NCBI GenBank assembly: GCA_016188475.1
Contig: JACPHT010000006.1
Span: 68,313-132,312 of the forward strand
Direction: 5' to 3'
Source of the DNA: Candidatus Uhrbacteria bacterium
Lineage (GTDB): Bacteria; Patescibacteriota; Patescibacteriia; UBA9934; GWF2-40-263
Length of the DNA stretch: 64,000 nucleotides
Below the pieces are notes generated by a model. It was given only the letters and a program-made list of their open reading frames with translations, searched no databases and was not told where the DNA came from. Positions within the stretch are counted from its first letter, which is position 1, and each line of letters begins with the position of its first letter. Below are positions 9,121 through 17,646 of the stretch, one piece after another. A program made the translations under genes and the position numbers.

Positions 9121-10317
9121 ATGTCGCGAAAATTGCTCCTTGGACTGGATATCGGTTCTTCTTCAATCAAGCTGTGTCAACTCGCAGAGACTGGAACTGG
9201 GCTCAAGCTAGTCAAGTTCGATCAGTGTATGTTGCCACCAAAGGCTATCGTAGATGGTGCTTTGATAGACTACAGGGCAGTCGTGGAAAAGCTTCGTGAA
9301 ACAGCAAGACTGAACAAGTGTGAAGGTGCTCAATGTGCGATCTCGATGTCAGGGCACAATGTTATCGTCAAGCAGATCTCGATTCCAGAGATGACTCAAA
9401 AGGAACTGGAAGAGTCAATGCAGTGGGAAGCGGAGCAGTACATTCCGTTTGACATAAAGGATGTCAACGTTGATGTTCAAATCCTAAATCCCAAAGCAGG
9501 TTATGGACAGATGAAGGTTCTGTTCGTTGTCGCGAAGAAGGACACCATTAATGACTACATTCATGCGGTCCAAGAAGCGGGTCTTCGTCCAGTAGTCGTG
9601 GACATCGACACGCTCGCGGTCCAAAACGCATTCGACTTAAACTACGGCTGTCCTCCAAACGAGGTTGTTGCGCTTATCAATGTTGGTGCGTCATGCATCA
9701 ACATCAATGTGATTTCAAACGGAATTACAACCTTCACGCGTGACATATCGAATGGCGGGTTGCTCATGACAGAAGAGACAATGAAACAGCTCAATGTTTC
9801 GTGGGAAGAGGCTATGCACTACCAAATCGCTGGTGATGACACGGTTTCAGATTCCGGGACAGAACTCTTTCGTGAAGTGAGAAAACTTGAGGAACGCGTT
9901 TCCGAAATTCTTGTAACTGAAATTCAGCGTTCTCTCGATTTCTTCGCTGCAACGACCATCAATGCTGACATCGCACGAATTTACTTGAGCGGCGGTGCTT
10001 CTCAACCTTCAGCTTTCATAAGGGCTCTTGAGCGGCGACTGAAAATTCCTGTTGAGATAATCAATCCGTTCAAGAACATTAGCGTTGACCCGTCCGCTTT
10101 CAACCCCGATCTTCTTCGCACGATGGAACCGATTGCCGCAGTCGCGGTTGGTCTTGCAAGACGTTTCAAGGGCGACACAAGGATCGGTGGAAATGATGTC
10201 AGGATCAATCTCTGCCCATCTGACACGAAGTCTTCAAGATACTCACTCGGCAATCCTTTCAAACTTCCAATCTCTGTCAGGATTCCTTTCACTAAGAGAG
10301 TATTGACTCTCTCGTAA
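9121..10317 (+). CDS. pilM: type IV pilus assembly protein PilM (actin-like ATPase fold), fused at its 3' end to a remnant of the pilN start
   Basis: LLGLDIGSSSIKL, KQISIPEMTQKELEESMQWEAEQYIPFD and VVDIDTLAV are typical PilM blocks. AGGAGG lies 7 nt upstream of the ATG at 9121. The C-terminal tail ...GGNDVRINLCPSD resembles the PilN N-terminus (MxRINLLP). Confidence 0.8.
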   Translation: MSRKLLLGLDIGSSSIKLCQLAETGTGLKLVKFDQCMLPPKAIVDGALIDYRAVVEKLRETARLNKCEGAQCAISMSGHNVIVKQISIPEMTQKELEESMQWEAEQYIPFDIKDVNVDVQILNPKAGYGQMKVLFVVAKKDTINDYIHAVQEAGLRPVVVDIDTLAVQNAFDLNYGCPPNEVVALINVGASCININVISNGITTFTRDISNGGLLMTEETMKQLNVSWEEAMHYQIAGDDTVSDSGTELFREVRKLEERVSEILVTEIQRSLDFFAATTINADIARIYLSGGASQPSAFIRALERRLKIPVEIINPFKNISVDPSAFNPDLLRTMEPIAAVAVGLARRFKGDTRIGGNDVRINLCPSDTKSSRYSLGNPFKLPISVRIPFTKRVLTLS

Positions 10318-10340
10318 CAGCCTATTCTGGCTGTTTTTTG
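10318..10340 (+). terminator. rho-independent terminator after pilM
   Basis: cagcc-tattct-ggctg hairpin followed by TTTTTTG. Confidence 0.5.
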
Positions 10341-10382
10341 TTTCCTGACTTACGGCAGGCAAGTGTGGTAAACTATAAATCT

Positions 10383-11480
10383 ATGAAAAGATGGGTCATT
10401 ATTTTAAGTTTGTTTCTGTCCGCTCTTACAACAACGAATGTCCTTGCTCAAGTAGCGACAGAACCAAGAGAAGTAAAAGCGACAATCACAAACATTCAAG
10501 ATCAAGTGTCAGATGGAAAACATTTTTATAATTTTGAAGCAAAAGATTCTTTTGGTGAAATTTTTAAGGCTGACACGACTGCATCGTATCCAAATGGTCT
10601 TTTTATACCGCTCAAAATTGGCGACAGAGTTCGATTGAGAATTGTAGAAAATCCTGACGGTACACAATCAACTTTTTTTGATGACAAAATCCGAACAGGA
10701 TCTCTCGCGGCTTTATTTTTTATTTTTGCGGTAATTGCAATAGCTATAGGATTTTTTCGAGGATTGTTTTCACTCATTGGCCTTGCATTTACGCTCATTG
10801 TTTTATTTTGGTTTTTGTTTCCTCAAATTCTCGCGGGCCGCGATCCGATTCTTATGACAGTTCTGGCTTCGATCGTAATATTATTCGTCAACATTCATTT
10901 ATCTCACGGTCTTCGTGTCCGAACTTTTTTTTCATTTCTCGGGACAGTTGCGGGATTATTTGTAGTCGTGGTATTGAGTTATATTTTCACGCACGCAAGT
11001 TCACTTTCTGGAGTTGGAACAGAGGAGTCAACATTTCTTTTGTGGGAAATTAAAACGATAAAAGATCCCGTTGCACTTTTTATCGCGGCGGTTATATTAG
11101 GTACAGTTGGAGTTTTGGACGATGTTGCTGTAACACAATCTGAAGTTGTTGGTGAGATGCTTGAAGTTGATTCAACACTATCGCGTAAGGATTTATTTTT
11201 TAGAGCAATGCGAGTTGGACGGCATCATATTGCCTCGACCGTAAATACGCTTGTTCTTGTTTATGCAGGAGCCGCGCTTCCGATATTTCTGCTTTTCTTT
11301 TCGTCGTCTTCGGATGTTGGTACGTTTTTGAATAACCAAGCCGTTGCTGAAGAATTTGTCAGAACGATAGTCGGAACGATTTCCCTAATGTTAACAGTTC
11401 CGTTTGCAACAGCGTTTGCTACAATTCCAAGGTCGAAGCATGCAAAAGAATTTGTTGACATTCATTCAAAAGAACGGTAG
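10383..11480 (+). CDS. YibE/F-family integral membrane protein with N-terminal extracytoplasmic domain
   Basis: Signal peptide (MKRWVIILSLFLSALTT), soluble domain, then ~8 TM helices. Likely start at 10383 rather than the ORF-track start 10338. Confidence 0.55.
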   Translation: MKRWVIILSLFLSALTTTNVLAQVATEPREVKATITNIQDQVSDGKHFYNFEAKDSFGEIFKADTTASYPNGLFIPLKIGDRVRLRIVENPDGTQSTFFDDKIRTGSLAALFFIFAVIAIAIGFFRGLFSLIGLAFTLIVLFWFLFPQILAGRDPILMTVLASIVILFVNIHLSHGLRVRTFFSFLGTVAGLFVVVVLSYIFTHASSLSGVGTEESTFLLWEIKTIKDPVALFIAAVILGTVGVLDDVAVTQSEVVGEMLEVDSTLSRKDLFFRAMRVGRHHIASTVNTLVLVYAGAALPIFLLFFSSSSDVGTFLNNQAVAEEFVRTIVGTISLMLTVPFATAFATIPRSKHAKEFVDIHSKER

Positions 11481-11498
11481 GTTTTACGAATACATATT

Positions 11499-11951
11499 AT
11501 GGTTTATCTATCAAAAGAAAAATTAGAAGACTTAAAAGACGAACTTGAAAAACGATCAAGACAAACACGTCGCGAAATAGCGGATATAATTAGCTCTTCA
11601 AAAGAGCTCGGAGATTTATCCGAGAATTTTGAATATCAGGATGCAAAGGAACAGCAAGCTTTAAACGAAGCGCGAGTTGTTCAACTTGAAGACATGATTC
11701 ACAATGCTGTTTTGGTTCAATCAACAACCGGAACCGATTTAATCAATCTTGGATGCACTTTCAAAACTCTTGTGAATGGTGTTGAAAAAATTTTCGAATT
11801 GGTTGGTTCAACCGAGGCTGATCCTATTTCAGGAAAAATCAGCAATGAATCTCCGCTCGGCCAAGCATTTGTCGGACACAGGGAAGGGGACATTATTTCA
11901 ATTAATGTTCCAAACGGTACAATCGAATATAAAATTATTAAAATTTTATAA
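11499..11951 (+). CDS. greA: transcription elongation factor GreA
   Basis: LSKEKLEDLKDEL...coiled coil, GDLSENFEY, C-terminal FKBP-like domain; 150 aa. Confidence 0.9.
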   Translation: MVYLSKEKLEDLKDELEKRSRQTRREIADIISSSKELGDLSENFEYQDAKEQQALNEARVVQLEDMIHNAVLVQSTTGTDLINLGCTFKTLVNGVEKIFELVGSTEADPISGKISNESPLGQAFVGHREGDIISINVPNGTIEYKIIKIL

Positions 11952-11980
11952 TGAACTTGATTGCATATAATACAAAATTT

Positions 11981-12062
11981 TTAATGCAGTTGTTGTACTA
12001 TGTCTCCGGGCCATCGGACTGTCGCCGTTGTTCCCTCCGACACAGCACAACAACTGCATTAA
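11981..12062. repeat. structured hairpin element S (copy 1): 23-bp stem, ~36-nt loop; related copy at 29977..30057
   Basis: ttaatgcagttgttgtactatgtc...gacacagcacaacaactgcattaa. The stem is perfect on the minus strand with two G-U pairs. The loop tccgggcca(t/g)cggact... is shared with copy 2. Confidence 0.6.
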
Positions 12063-12141
12063 CCGAAAAACTTTACTTCTATTCTAAAACCATTCACCTT
12101 TGCTACTTTTCTCCTCTGATACTTTTCTTCTAATATAATCT

Positions 12142-13617
12142 ATGATAGATGAAACACAAGCAAGGCTCGCGCGACTTCAAGCAATGCGCGATGCTGGAAT
12201 CGAGCCGTATCCATCAACAGCGCAAAGGACAAATACAATTTTCGAATTTTCAAACTCTTTCGAAACTTTCCAAAATTCACAACAAGATTTGTCTTTAGTT
12301 GGCCGAATTAGATTGATTCGAACTCACGGCGGTTTAACTTTTTGTCAGATTCAAGATGGAACAGGGATCGTTCAAATCGTGATTCGCAAGGATCATTTAG
12401 GAGAAACACAATACAAACAGTTTTTGCAAATGATGGATATTGGAGATTTTTTGCAATGTACTGGAAAAGCTTTTGTAACAAAAAAAGGAGAAAAAAGTTT
12501 AGATGTTTTTGTATACGTTCCTCTTGCTAAAGCACTGCTTCCTTTGCCTGAAAAGTGGCACGGACTTTCGGACGTTGAAACACGTTTCAGAAAACGTTAT
12601 TTGGATTTGATAATGAATTCCGACGCTCGCGAGCGTTTACTTGCAAGATCGAAAATTATTGCCGCAATTCGCAACCTGCTTGATTCGCGAGATTTTATTG
12701 AAGTTGAAACACCAACACTTCAGCCTATATATGGAGGTGGTTTTGCACGACCTTTCAAAACTCATCACAACGCGCTTGACGCTGATTTTTTTCTTAGAAT
12801 TTCAGACGAGATGTATCTGAAACGGTTAATTGTTGGTGGTTTTGAAAAAGTTTATGAAATTACAAAGGTTTTTCGCAACGAAGGAATCGATCACGATCAT
12901 AATCCAGAATTTACAATGTTTGAAGCACAGATAGCATATAAAAACTATCTCTATGGAATGGATTTATTTGAAGAGATTTTTGAAACAGTTGCAAAACAAG
13001 CACTTGGAAAAACAAGTGTTCAGCACGGTGAAATAACAATAGAGCTCGCGCGTCCATGGAAAAGAATGAAGCTTGTTGAAGCTGTTGAAAAAATCGGCGG
13101 TCTTGGTTTGGATATATGGTCAAATGAGAAACAAGCGAGAAAAGAATTAAAAAATAAACTTCCAAAGTCTCAACACGAAATTGTTGATTCCATGAAAACC
13201 GTCGGTGAACTTATCGCGTTTGCGTTTGAGGAACTCGTTGAAGAAAAACTTATTCAGCCGACAATAATTTACGATTATCCAGTTGAAGTTTCTCCGCTTG
13301 CGAAAAAAAGTGATGATCCTCGATTTGTCGAACGGTTCGAGGCTTTTGCACTTGGAAGTGAGATTGGAAACAACTATTCTGAACTTAATGATCCGGTTGA
13401 TTTGGAAAAGCGTTTTATTGCAGAAAAAGCTCGGGAGAAAGCTGGTTTTGAAGAAGCCCATCAGACCGATTATGATTATTTGGAAGCGATCAAACATGGA
13501 ATGCCTCCTGTTTGCGGACTTGGAATAGGAGTTGATCGAATGGTCATGCTTTTAACCGGCGCGGAAAACATAAAAGAAGTTATTTTATTTCCGACATTGC
13601 GTCCGGAAATAAAATGA
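12142..13617 (+). CDS. lysS: lysyl-tRNA synthetase (class II)
   Basis: N-terminal OB anticodon-binding domain and class II motifs (..FRNEGID.., ..GLGIGVDRMVMLLTG..); 491 aa. Confidence 0.9.
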   Translation: MIDETQARLARLQAMRDAGIEPYPSTAQRTNTIFEFSNSFETFQNSQQDLSLVGRIRLIRTHGGLTFCQIQDGTGIVQIVIRKDHLGETQYKQFLQMMDIGDFLQCTGKAFVTKKGEKSLDVFVYVPLAKALLPLPEKWHGLSDVETRFRKRYLDLIMNSDARERLLARSKIIAAIRNLLDSRDFIEVETPTLQPIYGGGFARPFKTHHNALDADFFLRISDEMYLKRLIVGGFEKVYEITKVFRNEGIDHDHNPEFTMFEAQIAYKNYLYGMDLFEEIFETVAKQALGKTSVQHGEITIELARPWKRMKLVEAVEKIGGLGLDIWSNEKQARKELKNKLPKSQHEIVDSMKTVGELIAFAFEELVEEKLIQPTIIYDYPVEVSPLAKKSDDPRFVERFEAFALGSEIGNNYSELNDPVDLEKRFIAEKAREKAGFEEAHQTDYDYLEAIKHGMPPVCGLGIGVDRMVMLLTGAENIKEVILFPTLRPEIK

Positions 13618-13618
13618 T

Positions 13619-14005
13619 ATGAAAAAACTCGTGCTTGTATTCGGAACATTTGACGGACTTCATGCCGGTCATTTGTTTTTTTTGAAACAAGCAAAAAGGG
13701 AAGGGGACATGCTTTTTGTTTCGGTTGCCCGCGATGAGCATGTTTGGATTTTGAAACAAAAAAAACCTAAATTTAATGAGCAAAAACGTTTGCAAACAGT
13801 ACGCTCGATTCCGTTTGTGGAGCACGCGCAATTTTCTGATCAAGTACTTGGAAGTTATAGCGTTTTTGAAAACGTAAATCCAGATGTGATAGTTTTTGGT
13901 TTTGATCAGCAGCAACTTAAAGCCAGTGTTGAAAAATGGATGAACGAACACAGACGTTCTATTAGAACAAAAATGATTGGTCAAAAAGAAAATTTTTCAA
14001 ATTAA
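13619..14005 (+). CDS. cytidylyltransferase-family protein (TagD/RfaE-domain-like nucleotidyltransferase)
   Basis: VFGTFDGLHAGHLFFL is the (H/T)xGH motif of the cytidylyltransferase superfamily; 128 aa, similar in size to TagD. Confidence 0.6.
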   Translation: MKKLVLVFGTFDGLHAGHLFFLKQAKREGDMLFVSVARDEHVWILKQKKPKFNEQKRLQTVRSIPFVEHAQFSDQVLGSYSVFENVNPDVIVFGFDQQQLKASVEKWMNEHRRSIRTKMIGQKENFSN

Positions 14006-14010
14006 CACAA

Positions 14011-14044
14011 TCACACTTAACTACCGATCGGTAGTTAAGTGTGA
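14011..14044. repeat. perfect 34-bp palindrome P (copy 1 of 3): tcacacttaactaccgatcggtagttaagtgtga
   Basis: Read directly; lies between the cytidylyltransferase stop and the alr start. Same core at 30930..30961 and 32219..32254. Confidence 0.7.
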
Positions 14045-14052
14045 TAATGAAT

Positions 14053-15186
14053 ATGGAACGAACATGGATTGAAATTGATGAACAAGCAATTATTTCAAAT
14101 ATAAAAACATTGCGCTCTCTGTCACAGGGAACTTGTTTTTGCGCAATCGTTAAAGCAAACGCATACGGACATGGAATGAAAGAAGTCGCTCAAATTGCGG
14201 CCCGTGTCGGAGTACAATCATTCGGTGTTGATACTTTGGAAGATGCGTTTATTCTTCGTGAAATTTTACCGAGCGCGCAAATAATAGTGCTTGGATACGT
14301 CATGCAACACGATTATCCGGAAGCTGTAAGAAATGCAATTGAATTAACGATTTCTGATCGTGAAGATATTGAACAATTGGAGCGTGTATCTTCCGCAACA
14401 GCGTCAACGGCTCAAATACACGCCAAAATTGAAACGGGAACATCAAGGAGAGGTATTCTAATGGAAGAACTTGTTGATTTTTTGCTTGAAATCAAGCGTA
14501 GTCATCATGTTTCAGTCAATGGAATATCAACGCACTTTGCCAATGTTGAAGATACTGGAAATTCCGAATATGCTTCAGTTCAATTTTCTCGATTTTCTGA
14601 AGCCATAAATGAATTTCAAAATTACGGTTTTAATCCTCCCTATATTCACTGCGCTTGTAGTGCGGCTATACTTCTTTATCCAGCCACTCACGGAACTCTT
14701 GTAAGAGCTGGAATCGGTCTTTATGGATTATGGCCTTCAGAATCTGTTGAACAAACAATGCACAAACAAAACATTTCATGTGAGTTGCGTCCAGTTTTAA
14801 AATGGAAAACACGTATTGCGCAGGTGAAGTCGTATTCTATTGGAACACCGATCGGATATGGATCAACAGAAAAGCTGAAACAACGAAGTCGTATTGCTGT
14901 TCTTCCGGTTGGTTATTGGGATGGGTATGATCGGTCGCTATCTTCCATTGGCGAAGTTCTTGTCGGGGGTTATAGATGTAAAGTTGTGGGAAGAGTTTGC
15001 ATGAATATGATGATGATTGATGTTTCATCTGTTCCAACAGTCGAAAAAGAACAAGTTGTGACATTGCTTGGAATTGATGGAAGACATGAAATTAGTGCGT
15101 CTGAGATCGCTAGAAAAATTCAAACCATACCTTATGAAATTGTGACAAGAATCAATCCACAGCTTCCTCGAATTGTACTTTCGTGA
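14053..15186 (+). CDS. alr: alanine racemase
   Basis: PLP-binding motif AIVKANAYGHG and overall Alr length. Start most likely the ATG at 14053 (MERTWIEIDEQAI); the ORF track gives an alternative start at 14041. Confidence 0.85.
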   Translation: MERTWIEIDEQAIISNIKTLRSLSQGTCFCAIVKANAYGHGMKEVAQIAARVGVQSFGVDTLEDAFILREILPSAQIIVLGYVMQHDYPEAVRNAIELTISDREDIEQLERVSSATASTAQIHAKIETGTSRRGILMEELVDFLLEIKRSHHVSVNGISTHFANVEDTGNSEYASVQFSRFSEAINEFQNYGFNPPYIHCACSAAILLYPATHGTLVRAGIGLYGLWPSESVEQTMHKQNISCELRPVLKWKTRIAQVKSYSIGTPIGYGSTEKLKQRSRIAVLPVGYWDGYDRSLSSIGEVLVGGYRCKVVGRVCMNMMMIDVSSVPTVEKEQVVTLLGIDGRHEISASEIARKIQTIPYEIVTRINPQLPRIVLS

Positions 15187-16018
15187 AGATATGAGACGTA
15201 GAAATTTTTTTCGAAAAACTCAACAAAAGCGATATGCGTCTCGAACATTTCGAAACCCATATTTTCGTGAGAAAATTGATAAGCGACCAGCCGTTATTCT
15301 TTATGGTGTTATGATCTCATTTTTGTTTATTTTAATCGTGTTGATTATTATTTTTCTTAAACCGTCTTTCAAAATTAACGAAATTCACGTTGTCGGACTT
15401 GAAACAATTTCAAAAACTGAAATTGATGACGCTTTGAGATCTTACGCAGGCGAAAATCTGTTTCTCTTCTTTCCGCGCCAGAACAGATACTTATTCAATC
15501 AAGAAAGGCTTGTTGTGTACTTAAAAAATAGGTTTACTCTGCGTGATGTTACGATTAAAAGGATCAAAAATAAAATTGAAATTCAAATTGTCGAACGATC
15601 ATCTTTTTTGATTTGGCAAACAAAAGGAAAGTCGTTCGTAGTTGATCTTGAAGGTGTAGTAATTCGTGAATCAGAAGAAGAGGAGATTTCCTCACTGCCA
15701 ATTTTTGTTGACAGGAATAACGTTGAAATAAATATAGGAGACGCAGTTCTTTCACCAGAGGAAATTTCTTCAGTTCTAAAATTCGAGGAACACCTTAGAG
15801 CGCAAAATATTTCATATAAACAAGTTGAGTTTGATCGTCTGGCAGGGAAGTGGACCGGAGTTTTAACAAATGACGGCTACAGAATCTTATTTGATGTTAC
15901 AGGCGACATTGAAGCTCAAGCGCAAAGACTCGAACTCATTAAAAAAGAAAAAATCACAGATGTTTCTAAGCTTGAGTATATCGATCTTAGGTTTGGAGAT
16001 CATGTGTATTATAAGTAA
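15173..16018 (+). CDS. cell-division protein FtsQ/DivIB-like (POTRA domain)
   Basis: Basic N-terminus, single TM helix (VILYGVMISFLFILIVLIIIFL), POTRA-like INEIHVVGLETISKTEIDDAL... Confidence 0.55.
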   Translation: MYFREDMRRRNFFRKTQQKRYASRTFRNPYFREKIDKRPAVILYGVMISFLFILIVLIIIFLKPSFKINEIHVVGLETISKTEIDDALRSYAGENLFLFFPRQNRYLFNQERLVVYLKNRFTLRDVTIKRIKNKIEIQIVERSSFLIWQTKGKSFVVDLEGVVIRESEEEEISSLPIFVDRNNVEINIGDAVLSPEEISSVLKFEEHLRAQNISYKQVEFDRLAGKWTGVLTNDGYRILFDVTGDIEAQAQRLELIKKEKITDVSKLEYIDLRFGDHVYYK

Positions 16019-16242
16019 GAGGAAAGAAGAGAGTTGAAAAACTGGTGTGTCGTAAAATAAAATTTTCTCAAGAAAAAAGTAGATGAGAGAGAAGCACACG
16101 TTAAACTAAGGAATGGAAGATATTATGATTCAGTGTAAGTTTGTAAAATTCACCAAGATCTTATATGACTTGGTTTAAATTAGTTTCTTGCTTAAAAATC
16201 TAATCATGTGTCGTATAAGATACATTGTGCGACGCCACTAAT

Positions 16243-16446
16243 TTATCCAAACAAATTAGTGAGGTATAGAATGAGCAGTAAAATGGATCCCATGAAGAAG
16301 AAAGCAAGCCCGATAAGGACAAGCGCATTAACAACGACATCATCCCCCATTGCCCCCTTTATAACGTAAAAACTTACGCAGACGAATGCTAAAGTTGGAC
16401 CTAGTACAAACAACCATCCAATAACAGTAAGAGCTGCTTCTAACAT
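16243..16446 (-). CDS. hypothetical small membrane protein
   Basis: 67 aa with two hydrophobic helices; 3 bp after the M23 peptidase gene. Confidence 0.3.
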   Translation of the reverse strand: MLEAALTVIGWLFVLGPTLAFVCVSFYVIKGAMGDDVVVNALVLIGLAFFFMGSILLLILYLTNLFG

Positions 16447-16449
16447 ATT

Positions 16450-17646
16450 TTATTTTAAGTATGGAATAGGATCCGTTGGAATACCATCCTTACGAACCTC
16501 AAAATGGAGATGCGGACCAGTTGAAAGGCCTGTGCTACCAACCGCGCCTATAACTTGTCCTCGGGCTACAAACTCGTCAGGTTTCACGTCAATTCTGGAA
16601 AGATGAGCATAAAGCGTTGATAAACCGTTTGAATGAATAATCATGACGTAGTTTCCATACAAGCGTCCTTTTTTAGCCCATGCTACATAACCAGGCGCGG
16701 CCGATCCGATCGGAGTTCCTTTCGGTGCCGGCAAATCAATTCCTGAATGTTCAAAAAGATTTCGATAAGGATATGTTGGGTCGTTGAAATAAACAGAAAT
16801 ACCTTTTAATGGGTTAAACGGCCAGGACATCAAAGAGCTGTCACCTGAATTTTCTGATGCGCTCAACTTCCCTTCTATTTCTTTTTGTAAAACAGAAATT
16901 TGTTGAGTGATGAATTGTTCCTCTTCTTTCAGTTGCTGCAAAAGCAATCGGAATTGATTTTCAGAATTTTGTGTTTCACTTATTAGTATTTTTTGTGAAT
17001 CAACTTCTTCTTCGAGTTGATCCTTTTCACGCTCAAGTGCGAGTTGCATCTCCTGCATTTGGTCTCTTTTTGTTTGTTCAGTTTCACGCTTGCTTTCTAT
17101 TGCTATCTTAGATTGTTTCGTCCTTTCAAGAGTTTGTTTTAAATCTTTGTTGATTGTTTCGAGTGATTGAACCTCATCAAACAATTGAGACAAAGAGTCT
17201 GATCCAAAAAAAACTCTAAGCGGTAAATCCTGATCCTTGACTTGAATTTTTTGTAAAACAGACGCAAGAAGTTGTCTGTCTTTCTGTAAGGTCTTTTCAA
17301 GATCAGTCAGTTGATTGTTCAATAATGCAATTTCTGTGTTGACAAGGTCAATAGTTTGCTCTGTTTCCTCAATTTCAAGTTTCGTTTTTGCAATTCTATT
17401 ATCAAGTAAATTAACCTCAACCGTTAGAGAAGTTTTTTCAGCTTGTTTTTTTTCAATTTTTTTCTTGTATTCGTCAATTCTGTCATTTAGATTATCGATA
17501 TTCTTCTTTTTTTGTGAAATTTGGTCATTGAGGGCGTTGATTTCTGACGAAGCGCCACTAGTTTGCGCAAAAACAATCCCCATTAATGGTTGTATGGCAA
17601 AATAAAGTATAAAGATACTAAGAAAGAATTTTAACCGCATGTTCAA
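16450..17646 (-). CDS. M23-family metallopeptidase with N-terminal coiled coil (EnvC-like murein hydrolase activator)
   Basis: Long coiled-coil region, then an M23 domain (GIDLPAPKGTPIGSAAPGYV...HSNGLSTLYAHL...GSTGLSTGPHLHFEV). Confidence 0.8.
   Translation of the reverse strand: MNMRLKFFLSIFILYFAIQPLMGIVFAQTSGASSEINALNDQISQKKKNIDNLNDRIDEYKKKIEKKQAEKTSLTVEVNLLDNRIAKTKLEIEETEQTIDLVNTEIALLNNQLTDLEKTLQKDRQLLASVLQKIQVKDQDLPLRVFFGSDSLSQLFDEVQSLETINKDLKQTLERTKQSKIAIESKRETEQTKRDQMQEMQLALEREKDQLEEEVDSQKILISETQNSENQFRLLLQQLKEEEQFITQQISVLQKEIEGKLSASENSGDSSLMSWPFNPLKGISVYFNDPTYPYRNLFEHSGIDLPAPKGTPIGSAAPGYVAWAKKGRLYGNYVMIIHSNGLSTLYAHLSRIDVKPDEFVARGQVIGAVGSTGLSTGPHLHFEVRKDGIPTDPIPYLK

Noticed and set aside
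11951-12133. 60-aa ORF between greA and lysS
   Set aside because: It overlaps the hairpin element S copy 1 and has no coding features. It is treated as non-coding.
12063-12141. Possible T-box or other leader upstream of lysS, alaS and gltX
   Set aside because: No specifier-loop/antiterminator (AATTAGGGTGG-like) signature was seen. The aaRS genes are tightly packed behind upstream genes.
16236-16261. 9-bp hairpin cactaattt-atccaaac-aaattagtg overlapping the stop of the 67-aa ORF
   Set aside because: No adjacent T-tract. It is a single occurrence and not distinguishable from chance.
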